Shown here piece after piece: positions 53,201-64,000 of a stretch of 64,000 bases of DNA (within the stretch, counting starts at the first letter, position 1; each line of letters opens with the position of its first letter). The stretch is from contig JABIHA010000058.1 in assembly GCA_018649885.1 (NCBI GenBank), positions 1 through 64,000 of the forward strand. Direction: 5' to 3'. Source of the DNA: Bacteriovoracaceae bacterium. Its GTDB lineage: Bacteria; Bdellovibrionota; Bacteriovoracia; Bacteriovoracales; Bacteriovoracaceae. Under the pieces are notes generated by a model. The model was not told the origin of the DNA. It did not search any database and saw only the letters and a list, made by a program, of their open reading frames with translations. Position numbers and translations under genes: made by a program.

Positions 53201-55356
53201 CCGGTGATGGTATTGGAGCAAGTGCAACTTCAGCAGTTGTTGGAACTGGGAATCCCGGTATAACAGCTCCTGATGTAAGATCATTTGTTGTCAGAGGTGA
53301 TGGCACCGTTTATTTTCGTGATATAAGTAAAGGGATTTTAAAAGTTGACCCCATTACGGGAATATTATCAGTGTATATTCCCTATACTGGTACCTACTCA
53401 GGAGAAGGTGGCGCGCCTACAAGTGCTACGCTTAATTACGTGGAAGGCATTGTACTCGATTATAATGATGATCTATACATAAGAATGACGGACCGGATTT
53501 TAAAGGTTGATTTTACTGCAAATACTATCTCAACTTGGATTGGTGGTGGCTCTGATTACAGTGACACAATTGTCACTCCAACAAACCTTGCCTTTACTGC
53601 TCCTCCAGCTACAGCTGCTTACCGCTCTTATGTTGATCATGACCCTTTCTTTTTTACTCCCAACGGTGATTTTTATTTTGCCTCTGAGAGAATTCTAGCT
53701 TTTGGTACTTATGACGGAGCAGGAGGAACTAGTAATAATAAATCTAGAATAAGAAAGTTTGTTGCCAGCAGCGGACAAGTTGCTTCAATTGATCCGGGAG
53801 GTACAGGTATCGCCGGACTACCAACACAAGATTTATCAAAATGTAGTCTTTTTAATTTTGCTGTTAAGTTTGACCTATCAACTTCTGCCTTTACAAGTGC
53901 CATCACAATGGCGACAGGGAGGCCTAGTCTTGGAGGAGAATCAGCTACAGGGTGTGAGACCAACGTTTTGCCAGCTTACACCGCAACTCTAAACCCAACA
54001 ACCTTTCAAAGTCTGGGCTCTGCGAATGCCTTTACACACCCCGCGGTGTCCACATGGTGGCAATGGGGTAGCCGCTTTGTACAGGGTATGAATGGAGAGC
54101 TATATATGCTGATGCGTGAGACCTCAACGGTTTACCAATATAATTCTTCAACCAAATCATTTGACATAATAATTGGTACTGGAAGCAGAGGAACTTGTGC
54201 AGATGGAACAGCTGCCACCAGCTGTACTGTAGACCCTTGGGATTTATTCGTTTCTTCTGCCGGTACAATTTACCTTCTCGATAACGGTGTTATTAGAACC
54301 ATCGACTCTAGTGGAAATCTTCAAACAATTTTTTTCCAATCAAAATTTTATGGTGATGGTGGAGTTGCAACTAATGCCCGCCTCAATCAAGTACAAAATA
54401 TTAAACTGTGGAGAGACGGCTCCACAGACAAAGTTGTCGCCTACGATGTAGGTGAATTTAGATTTAGAGAATTTGCTGTGGATGGAAATATTAATACCAT
54501 TGTTGGAAATGGTGATAGCTATGGAAAACACAGCCTTGGCTCATCCATTTTAGGTAAGCACTATGCTGTATCTTATGGCCAACCCATGCCTAATTTTGGT
54601 CTAGATAGTTCAGGGAATCTTTATCTTCCTATAAACGATTACGTTGTCAAAACCAATAGAACTTCAGGGCTATGGGAAAGCTGGCTTGGTAACCCGACAA
54701 GCGGTACCACCTATTCACTTGCCGATGGAACAAATGATGTCGATATTGAATCGGGTTACTTCCCTCAATTCATTGGTAATAACGGTACCGATTTTCTTGT
54801 CACTAAAGGGACTTACAATGGCACAAGTTTTCCCGATAACACTGTTTTAAAAACCTATAATATCACCACCGCTACTCAGGGGCATGTCGCAGGGATCGTT
54901 GGTACCAGCCAATACGCAAATCTTTTCAATTGCGCAAATGGCGCTGCTTATTCAACATGTGATTTTGCTACACTATCAGCCACTTTAGCAATGTATTGGC
55001 CATGGGATAGTAACAATAGTCGTTTTATTGGAGCTCAAAATGGCAAAAAAGATCTCTATGCTGTTGCAGCTGGTGGAACAAAAACTGTGATCGCCTCAGT
55101 TGCCCAAAATATACATGGACTAGCTTATAATACGACAGCAGATATCATTTACTACTGTAGTACGGATACTGGTAGAATTTATCAATACAATGTTGGCACC
55201 ACAACGGAAACTGCACTCAATTGGCCAATAACCTCTATGGCATGCACCAGAAATAATTTGATTTATAATCCCAATGGAGATGGAGGCAATGGCTCACTTA
55301 TTTTTGTCTATACATTGAACAATCAGCAGGCCATTGGCGAATATCTCAATCCTTAA
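50293..55356 (+). CDS. Giant surface lipoprotein/adhesin: Ig-like repeats and a C-terminal NHL/beta-propeller region
   Basis: Lipobox FYSC; Thr/Ser-rich Ig repeats (WAIDAAGN, VTDAGGN, WAKDALGN); NHL-like IRTIAG..GDG, GDGGVATNARLN. Confidence 0.8.
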   Translation: MNLVRLTLMSMMLLFYSCIIKDGYKDITGGGSTSSSSSALLSGSISPFSGLIAHKSHPLNPFSSAWAATCAGVVEAKLYLLDSNGQATGSALATSSVGSDAAYSFDFTSLGITVGSKVTHVVEVTGCTEVLSLPVTGTGSNNIDYTTTLMSFSGGTINLKNVDTSSLKTFMGNVSGATLTGVYNNINGDAGLSASFLSVFGQAHTKILNAPPKLNSVTIPTTIAEGTLSAFQASAFHFAGGYDLKYRWVLDGSTVSNAATWNWTPGKNQQGAHTVQLFMGQNNDGGDVDIAKDHLIKAFSVTVADTFPATSPTLSLTTPASSPVTVDNLTLNIATGAALVNCATFTSLAITENDATTPAAGAFTITCSTNTNQSLAHTLTDTSEGTKNFRLWAIDAAGNISSSASTLNIVKDTANPVSSLTTPTGPLKGGSTETISLAGTDTGGSGVAQIALHYASDGSTFALVTSGISTSATSYNWTVPSDDVVTAKLKVIVTDAGGNTHQTISSAFTIDSTGPGAPSSTMVNSAYTTAASATFTITSCADRSAIFVKSTAGAPLDSDAGWQTCATTAGAISYTLATETSYTLRVWAKDALGNVSATSTDHSVTKDNTSPAVSVTGPSATASSGQGNITITWTATDTNIATNPISLDYSANGGTSWTSIATGEANDGTYTWASPGFDGTSYRVRVTAIDQASLTTTSEQSSNWTMDSTDPAAVAASFVINGGSATTNTNFINAAFNVTDALTTATAFCLQENSTTPPSSGDSCWIPFSTISVTPSSNVAVTTYGHQLPFANGGYAVYLFIKDGVGNISDLTNTGAGTDGQDKDSVTYTPGNAPVVQDILATGADAPTNPPTSGEKTVTSGSDLYIKWNASDVEDADSTLTINLYYTTDDSTWTSIAAGLTNAQNGTCTVNHGSTTADDNATGCYKWTTGSPTSSYYRVKVEVADSASSLNYATSDSINVPFLRTIAGKTGDGIGASATSAVVGTGNPGITAPDVRSFVVRGDGTVYFRDISKGILKVDPITGILSVYIPYTGTYSGEGGAPTSATLNYVEGIVLDYNDDLYIRMTDRILKVDFTANTISTWIGGGSDYSDTIVTPTNLAFTAPPATAAYRSYVDHDPFFFTPNGDFYFASERILAFGTYDGAGGTSNNKSRIRKFVASSGQVASIDPGGTGIAGLPTQDLSKCSLFNFAVKFDLSTSAFTSAITMATGRPSLGGESATGCETNVLPAYTATLNPTTFQSLGSANAFTHPAVSTWWQWGSRFVQGMNGELYMLMRETSTVYQYNSSTKSFDIIIGTGSRGTCADGTAATSCTVDPWDLFVSSAGTIYLLDNGVIRTIDSSGNLQTIFFQSKFYGDGGVATNARLNQVQNIKLWRDGSTDKVVAYDVGEFRFREFAVDGNINTIVGNGDSYGKHSLGSSILGKHYAVSYGQPMPNFGLDSSGNLYLPINDYVVKTNRTSGLWESWLGNPTSGTTYSLADGTNDVDIESGYFPQFIGNNGTDFLVTKGTYNGTSFPDNTVLKTYNITTATQGHVAGIVGTSQYANLFNCANGAAYSTCDFATLSATLAMYWPWDSNNSRFIGAQNGKKDLYAVAAGGTKTVIASVAQNIHGLAYNTTADIIYYCSTDTGRIYQYNVGTTTETALNWPITSMACTRNNLIYNPNGDGGNGSLIFVYTLNNQQAIGEYLNP

Positions 55357-56281
55357 AATCTAATGTAAATCTCTCATGCAAAAAATCAACAAGACCCTTA
55401 AGCCTTGCAGGCATATACTGTTTGTCATAATAAAGTAAGTGAATAGGAACCCTATAAGGGGCCCACTTGTCTAAGACTTCAACTAGCACTCCACTGGCCA
55501 CTTCCTCCCTACAGTAAACTTCAGGAAGCCTTACAACACCTAGTCCTTTTAAGGCGGCATTCTTTAATGCGCGGCCATTTTTACAAGAATATTTTCCTGA
55601 AACGCTAACTTCTTTAATCGTTTTTTGGTTTTTGCGATTGGTAAAAGACCAAGTTGAAATACTTCCAGTGAGACAATTATGCTTTTTTAAATCCTTTGGA
55701 CAATCTAGAGCTGGCGCGGAAGATAGATAGTCCTTACTGGCCAAAACACTCATGCAGGCAAATCCTAGTCCTCTTGCCATAAACTCTGAATCTTCTAATT
55801 TCCCCAAACGCACAATAAGGTCATACTTGTCTTTAACCAAGTCAACCCGAGAGCTATTGAAGTCTATCTCAAGTTCAACTTCCCTATGGAGGGCCGCAAA
55901 ATCAGCAAGAAGCGGAGCTATTATATCTTCACCAATAATACCTCCCACACAATTTATTAAAATCTTTCCCTTCATTTCTTCTGAGTTGTCCAAAACCTCT
56001 TCGACGGCGCCAGCAATGCCTCCAAGGGCCTCTTTGCAACGCCTATAGAATTTATGCCCATCCGCAGTCAGACTGAGTGACCTTGTAGTTCGAATTACCA
56101 ATTGAACTGACAGCTCGCTTTCCAAGTTCTTTAATTGCTTAGATAGATGACCCCTGGAAACACCCAAGGCCTGGGCTGCTTTAGTAAAACTTCCATAATT
56201 TCCGATAGTTACAAAGGATTTGATATCCTCTAGCTTAAGATTATTACTCATATAGAAACTATTATTTTCATTATAGGTCAT
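55346..56281 (-). CDS. LysR-family transcriptional regulator
   Basis: GSFTKAAQALGVS..SKQLKNLE..L.IRTTRSLSLT. Confidence 0.95.
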   Translation of the reverse strand: MTYNENNSFYMSNNLKLEDIKSFVTIGNYGSFTKAAQALGVSRGHLSKQLKNLESELSVQLVIRTTRSLSLTADGHKFYRRCKEALGGIAGAVEEVLDNSEEMKGKILINCVGGIIGEDIIAPLLADFAALHREVELEIDFNSSRVDLVKDKYDLIVRLGKLEDSEFMARGLGFACMSVLASKDYLSSAPALDCPKDLKKHNCLTGSISTWSFTNRKNQKTIKEVSVSGKYSCKNGRALKNAALKGLGVVRLPEVYCREEVASGVLVEVLDKWAPYRVPIHLLYYDKQYMPARLKGLVDFLHERFTLDFKD

Positions 56282-56345
56282 TTACGCACAATACTTCTAA
56301 GCTTAAAAACAATCAACCAAATTTAACAAACCCAAAGGAATTAAC

Positions 56346-56759
56346 ATGAAAATTTTAATCACTCTTTGCATCACCTTAGTATCCTCACTCAGTTACGCTG
56401 GAGGAAAATACAGCTCAAAAAACTTTGTCATCTGTGCCATCACAAACACAAGCTGGACTCAATTTTCGAAAACAGGAATCTATAGTCCTGATTCACTCTC
56501 CGAAGAAGGCTTTATCCATTTCTCAAAACCAGATCAGTTGAAATATGTCATGAATAAGTATTTAACAGCTGATTCCTACGTGCTCGCCATTTCGAGTAAG
56601 GGTAAACTAGGCAAAGGGCTTGTATATGAAAGTACCGGTGCCTTGGCCTTTTATCCTCACCTTTACCGACCTCTGCTGTTTGAAGAGTTAATCACCACCA
56701 TAAGTATTGTAAGAAACCATGATGGTACATTTAGTTTGCCTGAAGAATTTAGATTATAG
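56346..56759 (+). CDS. DUF952-family protein with a signal peptide
   Basis: SL.EEGFIHFS, YE..FYPHLYRPL; divergent from the LysR gene. Confidence 0.8.
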   Translation: MKILITLCITLVSSLSYAGGKYSSKNFVICAITNTSWTQFSKTGIYSPDSLSEEGFIHFSKPDQLKYVMNKYLTADSYVLAISSKGKLGKGLVYESTGALAFYPHLYRPLLFEELITTISIVRNHDGTFSLPEEFRL

Positions 56760-56919
56760 GCAGGCAACGGGGGGCATCCCACAAAGCGAAGTCCCCTCTT
56801 CTAAACGCGATGTGCGTCATTAAAATGCTATGACTAACCCTTCAAAATAATTAAGAGGAGCATTACGCCCAGCTAAGTTTTCTGGAACTTCCAAATGAGA
56901 CATGTTAACAATCTAGCCC

Positions 56920-58461
56920 ATGGATAATACAGACGATTTAATCAAAACTGAGTTTTCAGAGCAAGAGCTTGAAAATGCCCTTAAGGTACTAAAAAGCTTT
57001 AGTGAAAATAGCGAGCAGCTTACTGTTTTGTCTGAAGAACAAAGAGTTGATCTACTTAAAGCATCTGGGAAACTCTCAAGACCAGACCGAGAAGAAATTA
57101 GAAAAAGACAAAAAGATGTGAAACGTCTTCGAAGACAAGTTACCAAGTCAGAAAATAAAAGAGCAAGAAGGGCCACAGGTATACGCTCAGCTAGAGAAGT
57201 TGATGTATTTGTCGCTCCTAAAATGATTGAAAATGCTAACACCAATGACTCACCTGAGCGTGAGTACAATACTCCACACGATTGTTATGTATGTAGAGCA
57301 AAGTTCACGAGTGTTCACCACTTCTACGATACAATGTGCAAAAGCTGTGCTGACATAAATTATTTTAAACGCTATCAAAAAGCCGATCTCACAGGCCAGG
57401 TCGCCTTGATCACTGGATCTAGACTTAAAATTGGATACCAGGCCACTCTCCTACTCCTTAGAGCAGGTGCAACGGTCATTGCCACAACTCGCTTTCCCGT
57501 TGATTCGGCCCTTAGATACTCAAAAGAGCCAGAATTTGAAAAATGGGGTCACCGCCTTCAAATTTATGGGCTGGATCTTAGACACACCCCAAGCGTAGAG
57601 ATTTTTGCTACATATATTGAAAAGACATATGAGCGTCTAGATATTCTCATTAACAATGCGGCCCAAACAGTCAGAAGGCCTAGTGGATTTTACTCCCATC
57701 TTATGGAATATGAAAGAAACCCAGAGAGGGTTTTAACTGCTGGGGCAACAAGTCTTTTGTCAAAGCATCACGCGTGTATAGGAAAACTTGAGGCGCACAT
57801 ATCTGGTGACAAAAATTTACCCGTTGCCTGGCATAGTGACGCTCCAGGAGTTGGAATTCGTGCATCAGCGGAGCTTTCTCAGATCCCCTATAGCTTTGAT
57901 AACTCACTTGTTAGTGACGAAGTATTTCCTGTAGGAGAGCTCGACTGTGATCTTCAACAAGTTGATCTTAGAAAATCCAATAGCTGGAGGTTAAGACTTG
58001 GAGAAATTCAAGCACCTGAGATGCTTGAGGTTCAGCTAGTCAATGCTGTAGCACCATTTGTCCTGGTTAATCGTTTAATCAAACTTATGAGAAAAGACTA
58101 CACTGGAAAAAAACATATTGTGAATGTGACGGCGATGGAGGGGAAGTTTCACCGCTTTAAAAAAGAAGACCGCCACCCTCACACAAATATGGCCAAAGCT
58201 GCACTCAATATGATGACCCACACTTCGGCGTTAGATTTTGCAAAAGATGGGATTTACATGAATGCTGTGGATACGGGCTGGGTTACAGATGAAGACCCTG
58301 CAATATTGTCCAATAAGAAAGTTGAGATTCACGATTTTCAACCACCACTTGATATTGTCGACGGTGCAGCAAGAGTATGTGACCCTTTCTTTGATGGAAT
58401 TAATACAGGTAAGCATTGGTGTGGTAAATTTTTAAAAGATTACTTTCCTATTGATTGGTAG
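56920..58461 (+). CDS. SDR-family oxidoreductase with an N-terminal Cys-rich extension
   Basis: [36 protein letters not shown]. Confidence 0.9.
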   Translation: MDNTDDLIKTEFSEQELENALKVLKSFSENSEQLTVLSEEQRVDLLKASGKLSRPDREEIRKRQKDVKRLRRQVTKSENKRARRATGIRSAREVDVFVAPKMIENANTNDSPEREYNTPHDCYVCRAKFTSVHHFYDTMCKSCADINYFKRYQKADLTGQVALITGSRLKIGYQATLLLLRAGATVIATTRFPVDSALRYSKEPEFEKWGHRLQIYGLDLRHTPSVEIFATYIEKTYERLDILINNAAQTVRRPSGFYSHLMEYERNPERVLTAGATSLLSKHHACIGKLEAHISGDKNLPVAWHSDAPGVGIRASAELSQIPYSFDNSLVSDEVFPVGELDCDLQQVDLRKSNSWRLRLGEIQAPEMLEVQLVNAVAPFVLVNRLIKLMRKDYTGKKHIVNVTAMEGKFHRFKKEDRHPHTNMAKAALNMMTHTSALDFAKDGIYMNAVDTGWVTDEDPAILSNKKVEIHDFQPPLDIVDGAARVCDPFFDGINTGKHWCGKFLKDYFPIDW

Positions 58462-58462
58462 C

Positions 58463-58870
58463 TCACTTCAAAATTTTAATTTCTTTTTGGAGGCGTGTAA
58501 CTTCCTTTTGGTGGGAAACAATAAATTGTTGTGAGGCAGGTCGATCTAGATCTTTTTGCCAATAATCAAGAGAAGCTTCAGCACTTTTCAGTAAATCTGG
58601 AAGCATCTTCTTCGCCTCGGCATTAGAAATACGCGTGATCCCCTCATCAGTATATCCATTGCCTACACCAGACTCTGAGTCGTGATCATAGTGATAGATA
58701 TAATAAGTAAGGCAGTGCTGACACTTTCTTAGTTCACCATCTGTAGCATATCCACCAATGGTACTAAGCTCACTTACCTCTTTAGGTAACCTCTTAGGCG
58801 TGTGAAGCTTTTCCACCATCAAAGTCTTTGGAATATTTTTGCAGCTAGAGCAATTTTCAAAATCAGTCAT
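58463..58870 (-). CDS. Hypothetical protein with two CxxC motifs
   Basis: Start placed at MTDFEN; CSSC and CQHC. Confidence 0.6.
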   Translation of the reverse strand: MTDFENCSSCKNIPKTLMVEKLHTPKRLPKEVSELSTIGGYATDGELRKCQHCLTYYIYHYDHDSESGVGNGYTDEGITRISNAEAKKMLPDLLKSAEASLDYWQKDLDRPASQQFIVSHQKEVTRLQKEIKILK

Positions 58871-58937
58871 ATAGTTATTATATTCAATAATCGATGGATC
58901 GAAAGTAAGTTCTATAACAGACAAAAATGAACAGAGA

Positions 58938-60101
58938 CTAAAACTGGATATTAGTGATGGGACAGATAAACTCAGACAGACGCATCTTGTAGTCCTGTTC
59001 AAACTCTTCTCTTGAAATGTATGCAAGCTCGGAAAATTTAGATTTCTTTATATCTGCAATAAGATCATAGGGAAGATCTTGTTCGAAAGTGTCTAGCCCG
59101 TCATCAAGTTCATTTAAAAGTGTCTTAAATCCTCTAATATAGCCAAAAGCTTGGTCTTGTCTTTTGTATCCTTCAAAAAGGGCCGCCACTATCTCAGCTT
59201 TTTCGGTCAGTGATAAAAGACTACTTTCCCCTAAAACCTTGCCCCAATCATCCATAAATGGCCCCACCGGAATCAAAAACTTGTAGGATTTTCGTATACA
59301 CTTAGGTTGCCTCATAGACATGTGGCGATGATTTTCTTTTGAGCAAAATTCTTTGTTAACTTTTCCTGTGTAAACCAAAATGGGTGAATAGGCGCTATTG
59401 AGAGTATGACCTAGCTTGTAGATTTCCTGATAAAATGGATCACTAGAATCCATCTGCCATTGGTCTACCACCCTATCTAGGTCTCCGAAGTTATGGGCCA
59501 TAAGGGGAGCCGCTCGTAAAAAATTTAAGTGGTCTCGGTCTTCTCTCAATTGAAGTAGTATCTTTTCTTCTTTTCTAATTTCAAGGAGAATAAGCTCCGC
59601 CATTTGTGAGGCCAACTGGGTTTTGCGATTTTTAACAAGAGCGCAGTATGCACCGATGGCCACACTCAACCAGGTACCTTCATGAGTGCTCATAACTTGA
59701 TGGTTTAAGCTATTATAGGATTTTCTATTGGTAACCTGTGAGTAATCCCACTCCCAAGAGGCCATAGTGGTTTTTGCCATCTTCTCTATAAATTTTAGAA
59801 TCTGTCCGTGTTTCCAAAGGCCTTCTCGAATTTGATTATCAACGTCTGTGGGAACAAAGGTTCCAGCAGTACTCCAATGGGCGCAAAGGCAGATATGAAA
59901 ATATTCGGCTAAATCAATATTTTTTAAGAGTTTTAGGTTTTTTTTATAGAAGCGGAGTTTTTCTAGGTATTCACATTTTGGAGATTTGCTATCGATCTCC
60001 CCTTTAAATAAAAAGGGGGCGGTATTTTCCACGTGCTGTAAAAGGATATTAGGTGATATCCCACTCAGTACGGTTCCCGATTGTAGTTTCTTTTTTGCCA
60101 T
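58938..60101 (-). CDS. Hypothetical protein
   Basis: ~387-aa ORF from MAKKK; scattered His/Asp/Glu motifs (THEG, AHNFGD, ENHRH). Confidence 0.75.
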   Translation of the reverse strand: MAKKKLQSGTVLSGISPNILLQHVENTAPFLFKGEIDSKSPKCEYLEKLRFYKKNLKLLKNIDLAEYFHICLCAHWSTAGTFVPTDVDNQIREGLWKHGQILKFIEKMAKTTMASWEWDYSQVTNRKSYNSLNHQVMSTHEGTWLSVAIGAYCALVKNRKTQLASQMAELILLEIRKEEKILLQLREDRDHLNFLRAAPLMAHNFGDLDRVVDQWQMDSSDPFYQEIYKLGHTLNSAYSPILVYTGKVNKEFCSKENHRHMSMRQPKCIRKSYKFLIPVGPFMDDWGKVLGESSLLSLTEKAEIVAALFEGYKRQDQAFGYIRGFKTLLNELDDGLDTFEQDLPYDLIADIKKSKFSELAYISREEFEQDYKMRLSEFICPITNIQF

Positions 60102-60246
60102 GCCCGAGTCATACCACGACAAGCTCAAAAAAATGACCAAAAACCACTATTTCTATCAATTTTTAAATAGTTAGACTTGCTAGAAAGAAATGAAATTACG
60201 TAATGGGTGTGTTACAAAAGCTCAGCTCATAGAAGGTACAAGATAG

Positions 60247-61104
60247 ATGTTAGACAAAATATCAATCAGATTAAACAAATACATTGCTCAAAGTGGCATG
60301 TGCTCGAGACGTGAGGCAGATCGTTACATTGACGAAGGCAAAGTTATCATCAATGGCAAACAGGCCGGCGTGGGTGACCAGGTATTCCCAGGTGATAGCG
60401 TAAACGTTAATGGAAAAAAGATTGAGCCCCGAGATGAGGAACGCTTGATTTTCCTTGCTTTAAATAAACCAATTGGCATAGTTAGTACCACTGAGAGTAG
60501 CGAGCGAAGCAATATTGTAGACTTCGTAGGTCACCCCACCCGCATTTTTCCCATTGGTCGTTTGGATAAAGATTCACAAGGCTTGATCTTTCTTACTAAT
60601 AATGGAGATCTGGTCAATAAGATTCTTCGCGCTGGCAACAATCACGAGAAAGAGTACCTAGTCACAGTAAATAGGCACATTACCGAGGACTTCCTTAAGG
60701 GTATGAGTAGCGGTGTACCCATTCTAGGAGTTATGACAAAAAAATGTAAGGTTCAAAAAGAATCTACAGATGTTTTTAGAATTACACTTATTCAGGGAAT
60801 GAATCGCCAAATTCGCCGTATGTGTGAACATTTTAATTTTGAGGTAACGAGGCTTGAGCGCGTTCGAATTATGAATGTGGGCCTTAAAGATTTGCCTGTT
60901 GGGGACTGGCGAGATCTATCGCAAGATGAGTTGAAGACACTATTTACACTAACAGAAGACTCGTCTTCCGCTTCCGCGAAGGAAGCAAAAAAGAAGAATT
61001 CTCCAAAGCGATCAAAAAGGCCATCTAAAGAATTTAAGTTTAAAATCGACAGTGAACCAAAAAAGAGATTGGGGCACTCGAGCAAAAAACAAAGAAGACG
61101 ATAG
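60247..61104 (+). CDS. rluF: 23S rRNA pseudouridine synthase RluF
   Basis: S4 domain [59 protein letters not shown]. Confidence 0.9.
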   Translation: MLDKISIRLNKYIAQSGMCSRREADRYIDEGKVIINGKQAGVGDQVFPGDSVNVNGKKIEPRDEERLIFLALNKPIGIVSTTESSERSNIVDFVGHPTRIFPIGRLDKDSQGLIFLTNNGDLVNKILRAGNNHEKEYLVTVNRHITEDFLKGMSSGVPILGVMTKKCKVQKESTDVFRITLIQGMNRQIRRMCEHFNFEVTRLERVRIMNVGLKDLPVGDWRDLSQDELKTLFTLTEDSSSASAKEAKKKNSPKRSKRPSKEFKFKIDSEPKKRLGHSSKKQRRR

Positions 61105-61264
61105 CTGCCCCGTAAATCAATACCTGTTATTTATAAATAAAAACCACCCTATCTCTAAAAAATGATATAGATGACCAATTTTATTAAATTCCAGTAAGGA
61201 AAATTTGATTGTTATTACTTAAAAATGACCGATTATATAGTATATACATTTTTTGAGGTATTAA

Positions 61265-63172
61265 ATGATAAAGAGTCTCAAAAACAGCAGCGACCTTTAC
61301 TACCTCGTTGGTGTGATAATACTAAGTGTATCAATACACATCTTCTCACTCATCGCATCGAGGACCTTTCTTTCTAGCTGGAGTTTAGTTCACTACCCCC
61401 TTCATACTGCTCTTGAAATCGGAGGCTCATTTATCGCCTTCTTGGTAGCATCATCGCTCATAGTTTTGGAAAAGAATGGCAGAGGAACATCTTATAACTA
61501 TATTATCGCCATGGCGTTACTCGGAATGGGAATTTTTGATGGGTTCCACTCATTTGTCCACGCTGGTAAAGAATTTGTCTTACTTCACAGTATGGCCACG
61601 CTATGGGGGGGATCTCTTTTTGTATTGATCTTTCTCCCTCGCCCTCTAAGGACAAAAATCAAACTTTCTTGGTGCATGGGAATAGGATTGGTTTCTGTGG
61701 CACTTTGCCTTCTCGTAATATCAAAACCTCATATCTTTCCAAATATGCTAAGAAATGGTCAGTTCACAATGTGGGCAAAGGCACTCAATATTATGGGGGG
61801 GATTTTCCTGATCCTGACCTCTATGAAGTTTATTTTGTATTTTGTGAAAAAGAGAAACTTCGATGATTTCCTTTTTTTCCTTCACACCCTTCTTTTTGGA
61901 CTCGCTGCAGTTATGTTTGAACAATCTCAACTTTGGGACGCTGCCTGGTGGGGATGGCACTTCCTCCGATTTTTTGCCTACGCTGTTGCTGCTTGGTTTG
62001 TCATAAAAAGCGTCAAAGCCTCCATGCGCGAAATAGCTGACAAAGAGTTAGAACGTAGTCTCATTTTAGAAAATAACTTTTTCCTTAAAACTATTTTGGA
62101 TTCTTTTGAGGATTTTGTGTTTGTATTTGACCAAAACAACCAGTATTCATTTTGCAGTAACTCCGTTGTTGAAACACTCGGTTACGATTTAAAAAAGTTT
62201 TCTAACAAAAATATGGAGGAGGTCAAAGATATTGTTTTGAAAAGTCACAAGAAAAAAACAAATGTATTAGAGGCGGCAATTGAAGAGTTTTACATGGTAA
62301 ATTTAAAGGGCGAAAATGTTCCAATTTCTATATCTATCAAAGACTTGACTAACAGCAAGAGAAAAGAGATTGGAAAAATATTAATTTTCAAAAATTTGAT
62401 AAAGCTTAAACTGCGAGAGAATTTAATAAACCTTCAAAAAGAAAAAATCATCAATTCTTCAAAACTAGCTTCGTTAGGAGAAATGGCAGGAGGGATTGCC
62501 CATGAGATTAATAATCCGTTGACAATCATTTCATCCTCTACCTATGTTTTAAAAAAGATCATTAAGAAAGGTAAACTTAGTGAGGATTCTGTTAATAAAG
62601 TCATCTCAGATATTGAAACGACGGTAAATAGAATAAGCAAAATCATCAATGGTCTGAAAACAGTTTCAAGGGACTCAAGTGGTTTTAGCTTAGAAAAAAC
62701 TACACTTGGGGAAATCTTCAGTGATGTCTTAGGACTCTGCTCAGAGCGCTTTAAAAACAATGACACCAGGCTTGAAGTGAATACTGATTCAAAAGAATTC
62801 AAAACGGTATTTAAATGTGACAGAGTTCAACTCTCACAAGTGCTACTCAATATGCTGGGAAATGCATATGACGCCGTGGAAGACTTAGATGAAAGATGGG
62901 TAAAAATTGAACTGACTGAAAGTGATGATTTTTTCACCCTGGCCATTACCGACAGTGGACATGGCATTTCAGAGGAAGTTCGAAAAAGGATATTTAATCC
63001 ATTTTTCACCACCAAAATAACGGGAAAGGGAACAGGCCTAGGACTATCCATCTCAAAAACAATTATTGAAAAACATGGTGGTTCACTTGAAATCGACAGG
63101 GGTTGCCAAAACACGTGCTTTATCATTACGCTGTCAAAAAAACTTTCAAAAGATAGTTTAGATGTGGACTAG
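61265..63172 (+). CDS. Membrane sensor histidine kinase (multi-TM MASE3-like sensor, PAS-like domain, HisKA/HATPase)
   Basis: About 7 TM helices; [41 protein letters not shown]. Confidence 0.92.
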   Translation: MIKSLKNSSDLYYLVGVIILSVSIHIFSLIASRTFLSSWSLVHYPLHTALEIGGSFIAFLVASSLIVLEKNGRGTSYNYIIAMALLGMGIFDGFHSFVHAGKEFVLLHSMATLWGGSLFVLIFLPRPLRTKIKLSWCMGIGLVSVALCLLVISKPHIFPNMLRNGQFTMWAKALNIMGGIFLILTSMKFILYFVKKRNFDDFLFFLHTLLFGLAAVMFEQSQLWDAAWWGWHFLRFFAYAVAAWFVIKSVKASMREIADKELERSLILENNFFLKTILDSFEDFVFVFDQNNQYSFCSNSVVETLGYDLKKFSNKNMEEVKDIVLKSHKKKTNVLEAAIEEFYMVNLKGENVPISISIKDLTNSKRKEIGKILIFKNLIKLKLRENLINLQKEKIINSSKLASLGEMAGGIAHEINNPLTIISSSTYVLKKIIKKGKLSEDSVNKVISDIETTVNRISKIINGLKTVSRDSSGFSLEKTTLGEIFSDVLGLCSERFKNNDTRLEVNTDSKEFKTVFKCDRVQLSQVLLNMLGNAYDAVEDLDERWVKIELTESDDFFTLAITDSGHGISEEVRKRIFNPFFTTKITGKGTGLGLSISKTIIEKHGGSLEIDRGCQNTCFIITLSKKLSKDSLDVD

Positions 63173-64000
63173 AGAAAACCTACTTTAAATTTTCGATTTT
63201 TAATTTTTCCAGATCTTAGTTTGAAGACTACCTCTTCCGCCTTTTCGCTAACAATAGCGACAAAGCTTGTAACATTTGTGACAGAGATTTTGCCAATCTC
63301 TTTAAAGTCTAACCCAACTTCTCCAACGATAGCACCAACAATGTCCCCAGGTCTCAATTTATCTTTCTTTCCACCACTAATATAAATAGTGGTCATAGGT
63401 GGAGTTAAGTCATATTCGCTTGCACTAGATAACTCTTTAATAGACTGGGGTTGAAATTTTTTGCCGCTTATCTCCGAAATTTCCTCAAATTCGTCAACTT
63501 GCTTTGCTGTAAAAAAACTAATGGCAATACCTTTTTTTCCCGCCCGAGCAGTCCTACCTACTCGGTGAACATAAACTTCTGGACTAAAAGGGAGATCAAA
63601 ATTAATAACTAGCTCAAGATCTTGAATATCAAGCCCTCTTGCAGCCACATCGGTTGCCACAAGTGCGGACAAACTTCTATTTGAAAACATTGTAAGCACT
63701 TCGGTTCTATCATTTTGCAGTAAATCCCCATGGATCGCCTCAGCATATACCTTATTTTGCCTTAGAAATTTGGCAACACTATCTGAGATGATTTTTGTTT
63801 TACAAAATACCAGAAATCTATCGGGCCTGTAATGGGCCAAGACTCTAAGTAACGCCTCTTCCTTATCCTTGTGAGATTCAAGCTCAAAAAAACTTTGTTC
63901 AATAATGTCTTTAGAATGCTCTGTATCCACTTCAACAAGCTCCGCATCACTTTGAAGTTCAAGTCCAAGATCTTTTATGGCCTCTGGAAAAGTTGCTGAA
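63169..64000 (-). CDS. dbpA: DEAD-box RNA helicase DbpA (C-terminal part; start lies beyond the window)
   Basis: SATFP at the window edge, [22 protein letters not shown], DbpA RNA-binding [15 protein letters not shown]. Confidence 0.93.
   Translation of the reverse strand, partial: SATFPEAIKDLGLELQSDAELVEVDTEHSKDIIEQSFFELESHKDKEEALLRVLAHYRPDRFLVFCKTKIISDSVAKFLRQNKVYAEAIHGDLLQNDRTEVLTMFSNRSLSALVATDVAARGLDIQDLELVINFDLPFSPEVYVHRVGRTARAGKKGIAISFFTAKQVDEFEEISEISGKKFQPQSIKELSSASEYDLTPPMTTIYISGGKKDKLRPGDIVGAIVGEVGLDFKEIGKISVTNVTSFVAIVSEKAEEVVFKLRSGKIKNRKFKVGFL

Noticed and set aside
56760..56915. GC-richer intergenic stretch as a possible ncRNA or riboswitch
   Set aside because: No recognisable consensus or convincing extended stem found by eye; an Rfam search would be needed
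58871..59026. N-terminal extension of the 187-aa ORF
   Set aside because: It overlaps the upstream gene on the same strand; the real start is more likely the ATG at 58870

Overview
An AT-rich bacterial chromosome segment, probably from Bdellovibrionota/Bacteriovoracia. The taxonomy is inferred from R-x-P/I-A-S linker motifs, many orphan secreted/TPR/lipoproteins and a giant Ig-repeat lipoprotein. No rRNA, tRNA or CRISPR array was seen. Highlights: (1) A lone HNH-endonuclease gene (27545-28414) sits between two long inward-facing inverted repeats (174 bp with 4 mismatches, including a 99-bp perfect core, ~220 bp in total). The left arm belongs to a tandem array of ~137-bp non-coding units, and there is no transposase or recombinase, so this is a candidate undescribed mobile, invertible or RNA-associated element. 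(2) A complete clade II (Sec-type) N2O-reductase cluster (nosL | nosZ-orf-c1-c2-nosB-D-F-Y | nosH-nosG) lies next to csoR-copA. It has a (TAGATCAT)6 microsatellite on a CRP/FNR-like palindrome in the nosL/nosZ promoter region and an unassigned secreted ORF directly after nosZ. (3) A ~1380-aa secreted protein carries atypical kinase-like motifs. (4) A TPR gene is paired with a LysM/long coiled-coil/SPOR gene. (5) About eight genes are broken or fragmentary, four of them with an in-frame stop. The rest includes selO, yebC, an RND permease, RluA/RluF, ycaQ, Fe-ADH, LysR, SDR, a histidine kinase and a partial dbpA.
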